A stretch of DNA of 29,481 bases from a virus (taxonomy: Duplodnaviria > Caudoviricetes). The stretch is from the IMG/VR virus record IMGVR_UViG_3300033067_001756, positions 1 to 29,481 of that record, one strand, 5' to 3'. Below, piece by piece: positions 20,528 to 26,517 of this stretch. The stretch's first letter is position 1, and each line of letters opens with the position of its first letter. Below the pieces are notes generated by a model. It saw nothing but the letters and a program-made list of their open reading frames with translations, did not search any database and had not been told where the DNA came from. The position numbers and the translations under genes are program-made.

Positions 20528-23315
20528 TTTTTTAGATAAGCTTTTGAATGTGCTGCCTGATGCACAAAAGATTTCTGTAAAGTCTTTAATTTCTGCTAAG
20601 GTAGCTGCAGGTGAATTGACAAGTCTTCGTGCTAAGCAGGAAGAATCTTCCGTTATATACAACAGAATAAAGAGCAAGCTAAGTAAAATTATCCTGGATC
20701 CAAAGTACGCGGTAAAGGATGAAAAGATATCTTCTGCAGATCATAACGATAATATGGAGGATATCTTTTTAGATCTTAGTGCCTTATATACGTCTATTGA
20801 TTCTTTGGCTGGAATTACTAGCAAACAGGTAGTAACATTAAATAGCGATTATCAAAAGTCTAGATCCGCTATAGAAAAATTAATCAATGATGTTAAAGTT
20901 TATTCTTTAAGAAAACGAACTCCAGAGTTTAACGATATCAAACTTATTGATTTTAATTCTTCTACAAACCGAGCTTCCAAACAACCTGCAGCCTCTGTAA
21001 ATAGTAATATAAGAGTTCTCGAACTAAAGCCGTTTATAACAGCTAGAAACCATTTAACAAACAGAACTACTAGAAGTACGAAGATATATACTAAGACTTA
21101 TAGTAGTGGACTCAAGGGATCTTTGTCTTCTGTATTCCCTCCGTCAAATATAGTGGATCAAAAACCAGAAAGCTTTTGGGCAGAACTAATTCTTGCAGAT
21201 TCACCTGTATCCCAGATATATCAAAAAGCTACTTCTAATGGAGAATCTTTTCAGTTAGGTGTAGACGGTCCTGTCATTGAAGTTTATTTTAAGTTCTCTC
21301 ATACAGAAAAAATTAATACTATAAAGCTTTTACCTTTCTCAGAGTTCCCGATAAAAGTAATTGATATAGCTTATAGGCCGTCACAAGCTTCTCAAATCTT
21401 TGTAGCCATACCTGAGTTTACAGAGTCTACTACTTTAGATTGGGAAGAATACAACTTCTCTCCTATCCTTACTACAGAAATAAAAATAACTATCTGTCAG
21501 GAAAACTATAAACGCGTGTCTTATCTGCTGCCAAAGTCTATAGTTACTAATACAGATATCTTTCAAAGAATCTTAAATGCTAGAGCGTCTAAAATAATAG
21601 GTGCTAATATTCAAGATTCTGACTTCTCTTTGTATCTCCTTTCTACTATAAGTAGCTACTCTGACGCTATATCTAGTCTAGATAAATTAATGACAGATAG
21701 TGATATTGATATTACTTCTGATGGCAATATAGACTACTATTCAGATCTACTAAAGCTTATTGAGGAGGCTTACTCAGAATTAGTTCCGGCAGAAGCTGCA
21801 GAACTATCATCTAAGCTATCAAGTAACGAGTCTACCCAGCAGCCAGGAGACATAAACATAACAGTTAATAAGTATGAATATCTCTTAGGTCTACGTGAAG
21901 TAGAAATAAACTACCAAACTTATTATCCTACTTCTTACTATGAGTCAGAAAATTACTTACCTCCTGCCACTGTATCTGAAATTCAAATAGAGGTTGACGA
22001 AAGACATACTAAACTTTCAACCCCGTGGGAAAGCGGTTATCAAAAAACTAGCACAGAGTGGGAATTAGATTTAGGCGCAGGTAGAAGAATTCCTATTCAT
22101 CCAAGAAATATAAAGGATGAAACTGACAACATACCTAGTGTAAAAGACGAAAGAATAAATTTTGACTTAACCTCTAACAAAGGATACACTAGACTTGGCG
22201 GCTACTACAGCAGCCCTTATCGTCTAAAGAAGAATAGTGATCTTATACCTCCAGAGAACTACGAGTGTGTACGTGTCACTGGTTCTATACCTAGGATAGA
22301 AGTTACTTTAGATCCATCTTGGTTTGATGTAAATAGCATTTACACTATAGACTATGCGGTAGATCCAAGCAGCTATTCTATAGATATATTAGATAAGTTT
22401 AATAGCCAGCCACTATCTTCTCCTGAGATATTTACTGAAGTAGGCAGCGATAATGAAATTGAACTCTCTAAGTTTCCTTACATAAACTACGAGGTTATTA
22501 ACTTAACTGGTTATTTTCAAAAAGAAGATGACAGCTCTACCTGGAGATTTATTCCTCCTCAGGCAAATATATTTAGCGGGCAGTTAAGAATAACCCCTAC
22601 AATTATTGACACCCTGGGTAATACTGTACAGCTTGGCAGTGTCACAGGCTTTTTATTGACTGGTCAATGGGGAGAGCAGTCTGGTATTGGGCCTAGTGTA
22701 CTAAGTGGTAATCCAAATTTAAGCCTAAGCTACTTTGGAGAAATACAAGGGGTTGACTTTGGGTACTTCCTAAAAGTAATGGATAGTAACTCCTATGCTG
22801 AGCTACTTAGATTTAATACTGCTAGTGGCCTGATTTTAAAAGAACCACTGCAAGTCACAGAAGATCAGTGCAGAAGATGGGATAGTCAGAGCCCTGGCGC
22901 GGTATTTTCTGGTTCTCTAGGAACTCCTGTAAGCGGACAACTTACTGTAAATTACTCTATAGGTGTGGGAATAAAGTCAGACGATCAAATATTTTCTATA
23001 TCTGATATAGTCTATAGTCCTATGGAAGTAACAGTTGGAACAAAGAAAGCAAAGAATATTACTAACTATGAGACATTAGTTCATCCTGCTTTCAGTATTG
23101 CAAGCAGCAAAGATAATGACATAGAATATATTCAGGCTGGTAAAAAACTCTATTTCAATCAAAAATTTAATAATCAAGAAATAAGAGTTAGCTATAACTG
23201 GCTTACAGAGTATATTAAGTTAGTAGGCGTACTAAAGTTCAACGGGCCTATTAATCCAGATCTTACTCCTAAAATAAATGAGATAAGAATTTTTTCTAAC
23301 AACTTGGTGATATGA
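20520..23315 (+). CDS. Virion structural protein, paralogue A (helical N-terminus, discoidin/jelly-roll-like domain, beta-sandwich C-terminus), 931 aa
   Basis: ISSADHNDNMEDIFLDLSALY; NIVDQKPESFW; EIKITICQ; KYEYLLGLREVEI; C-terminal LTPKINEIRI. These motifs are shared with the downstream paralogues. Confidence 0.7.
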   Translation: MVNFLDKLLNVLPDAQKISVKSLISAKVAAGELTSLRAKQEESSVIYNRIKSKLSKIILDPKYAVKDEKISSADHNDNMEDIFLDLSALYTSIDSLAGITSKQVVTLNSDYQKSRSAIEKLINDVKVYSLRKRTPEFNDIKLIDFNSSTNRASKQPAASVNSNIRVLELKPFITARNHLTNRTTRSTKIYTKTYSSGLKGSLSSVFPPSNIVDQKPESFWAELILADSPVSQIYQKATSNGESFQLGVDGPVIEVYFKFSHTEKINTIKLLPFSEFPIKVIDIAYRPSQASQIFVAIPEFTESTTLDWEEYNFSPILTTEIKITICQENYKRVSYLLPKSIVTNTDIFQRILNARASKIIGANIQDSDFSLYLLSTISSYSDAISSLDKLMTDSDIDITSDGNIDYYSDLLKLIEEAYSELVPAEAAELSSKLSSNESTQQPGDINITVNKYEYLLGLREVEINYQTYYPTSYYESENYLPPATVSEIQIEVDERHTKLSTPWESGYQKTSTEWELDLGAGRRIPIHPRNIKDETDNIPSVKDERINFDLTSNKGYTRLGGYYSSPYRLKKNSDLIPPENYECVRVTGSIPRIEVTLDPSWFDVNSIYTIDYAVDPSSYSIDILDKFNSQPLSSPEIFTEVGSDNEIELSKFPYINYEVINLTGYFQKEDDSSTWRFIPPQANIFSGQLRITPTIIDTLGNTVQLGSVTGFLLTGQWGEQSGIGPSVLSGNPNLSLSYFGEIQGVDFGYFLKVMDSNSYAELLRFNTASGLILKEPLQVTEDQCRRWDSQSPGAVFSGSLGTPVSGQLTVNYSIGVGIKSDDQIFSISDIVYSPMEVTVGTKKAKNITNYETLVHPAFSIASSKDNDIEYIQAGKKLYFNQKFNNQEIRVSYNWLTEYIKLVGVLKFNGPINPDLTPKINEIRIFSNNLVI

Positions 23316-23731
23316 TGACTCCATCAGAAATTTATACTTTACTAGGAATGCAAAATCCTGACGCCTTTTCAGAAGATAGATTTAAGGCTGCTACTGATAG
23401 TTGCTGCTCTCTCAATGAAGCTATTCCTGTAAAGGAGCGTCCAGACTGGGTAAGAAGAAGATCAGGTAGATCTACTAGGACCTATGTAGAAATTATTTCT
23501 TATATTTCTTCTCATCCCGGTGATAAGGTTTATTTTATGTCCCCTACTGCTCAAATGGCAAAATGTCATATAAACAATATGGACTATCTAATAAATAAAC
23601 TTAATGTCGCGGCGGGCAAAGGACTAACTAGTAAAAATATTATACCATGCTATAAGAAAGACCAAGTTGCAAAGATAGATCCTTCTAAAGTTTTTTACGA
23701 TCATTATTTTTTTGAGTACCTAAATGTCTGA
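23312..23731 (+). CDS. Small hypothetical protein with degenerate P-loop-like motif, 139 aa
   Basis: Overlaps both neighbours and fills the gap exactly. RRSGRST followed by a helix and KVYFMSPTAQMAK. Confidence 0.65.
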   Translation: MMTPSEIYTLLGMQNPDAFSEDRFKAATDSCCSLNEAIPVKERPDWVRRRSGRSTRTYVEIISYISSHPGDKVYFMSPTAQMAKCHINNMDYLINKLNVAAGKGLTSKNIIPCYKKDQVAKIDPSKVFYDHYFFEYLNV

Positions 23732-25307
23732 CACGTCCCAAGTCTTTACTGATAGTGAGCTTAGCATCATTAAATTAAAGGATGCTTTAGAGCAACTTGC
23801 AGATAGAACTAATGGATCCTCTGATACAAGCACATTGCTATCAGAAGCTATGGCTCTCTTTAAGAGCTACTTTAATAACATAAGCGATCCTGAGTTCAGT
23901 CCTGTACCACTAAAGACTGGAGATATAGTAAGCTCTGATGTCTACAATACAAACCTAAAAAGAATATATAGTGATATAAGTAGATTTTATAAAGAACTAA
24001 ATAATCTTTCTATTGCTAGTATAAAGTCATTTAATTATTCTCAAGTAGTTATTGCGGAGATAAAAAATAGAGCTCAAGCCCTAGCCAGCATGGTATTAGA
24101 CTTAAGCATATTAAATAATTTTACTAGAGGGGACGTTATAGTAGGCGGTGATGACTTCATAAATTCTGACTACATAGATGCTTCTGCTGGTCTAAGCAGC
24201 TCTCCTGCAGAAATGATTTCTAATGGAGCAGGCCTATCTCTTGCTAGAGATGAGACTAATAACTTAACTACTAATCCTAGAATCAAAATAGAAGTCCTAC
24301 CTATTGCTCCTTCAGCTACAGCTACAAGCTCTAAGGTTAATACTTCCCCTACCCCAGGTAACTTTAATAGATTTTACGAAGGAAACTATTATAACTTTTT
24401 AGGACAAGCTAGACCTGAAGGTGGTCAGTTTAACATACAGTTCGCAGCTGATCCTCAAAAAATTAATCCGGTGGTAGAAGAGACTACTAATAATGCTAGT
24501 ACCTCCCCGCCAGTATTTACTGACAAGTCGCAGACTAATAGTGATACTACTAAGCCTGGTGTTACTCTTGAACCAGACCCTCCTAAAGAATACGTAGGCG
24601 TGTTCCTAGAGTACGGCGCTTCTGAAGATGATAAGGCAAAAGCTAGACTTGCTATGGTAGACGGTAACCCGGATACATTCTGGGAATGTGAATATGTAGT
24701 ACGTCTTGCTAATCCTCTTGTAGCTGATGTTACTGACTCTATGGTAGTCAGCGCAGAAGTAGAAGGTAATCCAGAAGACTCCGGCTACTCAGATCCAGAA
24801 GCTCCAGATTCAGCGTCTATCCAGATAGATGTAAATGACTTAAATCAAAGAGCGCTTGCTCAAGACGTAGTAGATCTTACAGTTGATATTATAATTACTC
24901 TTCCTGAAGAACAAAATGTAAACTTTGTTTCTATTAATCCGGTAGTATTTAGTAAGAATGCGTTTATAGATGTCGTAGACATATCTACTATATCTAGCAC
25001 TGAGGGTGAATTTGTTACAGTAGATGGATGGGATACTATAAAATTTCCTAAGACTATAACCCCTGAAGCAAATGAGTTCTTGACTGATAGTCAAGTTTCT
25101 GCTAGTCTTGCTCCCAATCGCTACGCTTATTTAGGTCAGGGCATATATCCTTTTCCTATGCGGCTTGCAAAAAAGGTAAAGGTTCGCCTATCAATGAGCC
25201 AGCCCGCAAGTCAAGTATATGAGCGCACTTATGCTCTTTTAAAGAATACACTTGATATAGAGACTACTACTACAACTACAACTACAAAAGGTAGGTTTAG
25301 ATTCTAA
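23724..25307 (+). CDS. Virion structural protein, paralogue B, N-terminal part, 527 aa
   Basis: VSSDVYNTNLKRIYSDISRFY; AMVDGNPDTFWE; VNFVSINP; KKVKVRLSM. Ends in Thr8-KGRFRF and lacks the family's C-terminal half. Confidence 0.75.
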   Translation: MSDTSQVFTDSELSIIKLKDALEQLADRTNGSSDTSTLLSEAMALFKSYFNNISDPEFSPVPLKTGDIVSSDVYNTNLKRIYSDISRFYKELNNLSIASIKSFNYSQVVIAEIKNRAQALASMVLDLSILNNFTRGDVIVGGDDFINSDYIDASAGLSSSPAEMISNGAGLSLARDETNNLTTNPRIKIEVLPIAPSATATSSKVNTSPTPGNFNRFYEGNYYNFLGQARPEGGQFNIQFAADPQKINPVVEETTNNASTSPPVFTDKSQTNSDTTKPGVTLEPDPPKEYVGVFLEYGASEDDKAKARLAMVDGNPDTFWECEYVVRLANPLVADVTDSMVVSAEVEGNPEDSGYSDPEAPDSASIQIDVNDLNQRALAQDVVDLTVDIIITLPEEQNVNFVSINPVVFSKNAFIDVVDISTISSTEGEFVTVDGWDTIKFPKTITPEANEFLTDSQVSASLAPNRYAYLGQGIYPFPMRLAKKVKVRLSMSQPASQVYERTYALLKNTLDIETTTTTTTTKGRFRF

Positions 25308-25308
25308 A

Positions 25309-26169
25309 ATGTCATTTGGCAAAAAAAAGAGACGTACTACTGTAGACAAAGTAAATAAAAAGATTACCTTGTCAAAAATTGTAAAGCTATCTTACCTCCA
25401 AACACTAGCTGTTGACGGCGGACTTTCTACTGTTAATGAGCTTGCAGGGGAAACCGAAGCTACAGAAGAGAATCTTTCTAATCAAGAAATTACAAAAAGT
25501 AAATTGTCTAAGTTCTTAGACAACGGTGCAAACAACGATATAGCTAATCTTTTATTTCTTGTGACCGATCTTCCTCCAGGCCTAGGAGACCTCGCTAGGT
25601 CTTTGTTTGGTAAGAAGACTACGGTAGACGTAAAGATGAATATAAAAGACTCTGGCTGGACACTAACTAAAACTTGGAACCAGCCACAGTTTGATATTAT
25701 TCGTTATGCTATAGGAATTAAAGAATTAACAGTTGCTCAGTTTAGATACCAAGAAGTATCAGAATTTATTTCTACAGCTTGGAAGTCTCCAAAAGAAATA
25801 ACAAAAGTGTTTACCACTGTAGACCAGTTTATTCCTAATGTATTTCCACCAGGCAATTATATTAAGTATTACGTAAAACCTAATATTGAAGGAACTGATT
25901 GGATTCAAATAAATCCGCTAGGGCTTCCTTCTGTCTTTAATAATGATGGTACGATAGTTCCTAGAATAATAAATTTTAATACTGAAAAGCCATTGTCCTC
26001 TAGGCTTGAAGAGAATTACATCTTTACTGATTCTCCGGTAAAAGAAGTGGTCTTTAGAGCTGTGCTTTCAAGACCTGATACTATAGAAGGGAGCACTGCA
26101 TCCGCTGATGGATACAGTCCTATCCTTCGCTCGTACAGAATAAGTATGGTACCCAAAAATGGACTCTGA
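25309..26169 (+). CDS. Virion structural protein, paralogue B, C-terminal part, 286 aa
   Basis: RYAIGIKELTV, SEFIS, VDQFIP, WIQINPLG and terminal YSPILRSYRI correspond to the C-terminal halves of paralogues A and C. Confidence 0.75.
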   Translation: MSFGKKKRRTTVDKVNKKITLSKIVKLSYLQTLAVDGGLSTVNELAGETEATEENLSNQEITKSKLSKFLDNGANNDIANLLFLVTDLPPGLGDLARSLFGKKTTVDVKMNIKDSGWTLTKTWNQPQFDIIRYAIGIKELTVAQFRYQEVSEFISTAWKSPKEITKVFTTVDQFIPNVFPPGNYIKYYVKPNIEGTDWIQINPLGLPSVFNNDGTIVPRIINFNTEKPLSSRLEENYIFTDSPVKEVVFRAVLSRPDTIEGSTASADGYSPILRSYRISMVPKNGL

Positions 26170-26509
26170 CGCATTAGAAATTAAGATTGCTGAGTTAGAA
26201 GGTAGGCTTATGGAAAAGCAAGCTATTATAGATGTATTACTCGCTAAGTTATCTCCTAATGGTGGAACTTTAATACCACAGGAACCTTATATTCCTCCAG
26301 GTAGGCACGGCCCTCTAGGCGTAACACATATTGGTATTACCGGTGGGGCCCTTGGCCCATATGCCATATCAACCTCTTCTCCTATATCTATAAGTACTTC
26401 TAGTTCTGTTGGAGGTTGGTATGTATCCGGAGCGCAATACACTACTACAAATGCTCCTTATTGGACTACAGGTAGCGCCGTAGAGTTTCACTTTACTCAC
26501 ACCACGTAA
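26159..26509 (+). CDS. Small hypothetical protein (N-terminal coiled coil, low-complexity tail), 116 aa
   Basis: LEIKIAELEGRLMEKQAIIDVLLAKL shows a heptad pattern. It overlaps the upstream gene by 11 nt and ends 8 nt before the next ATG. Confidence 0.6.
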   Translation: MDSDALEIKIAELEGRLMEKQAIIDVLLAKLSPNGGTLIPQEPYIPPGRHGPLGVTHIGITGGALGPYAISTSSPISISTSSSVGGWYVSGAQYTTTNAPYWTTGSAVEFHFTHTT

Positions 26510-26517
26510 TCTATAAA

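Noticed and set aside
25321-25329. A_AAA_AAG -1 slippery heptamer near the start of the 286-aa gene
   Set aside because: It lies downstream of the 527-aa stop, so it cannot fuse the two genes, and the -1 frame stops within about 10 codons. It simply encodes Lys-Lys-Lys.
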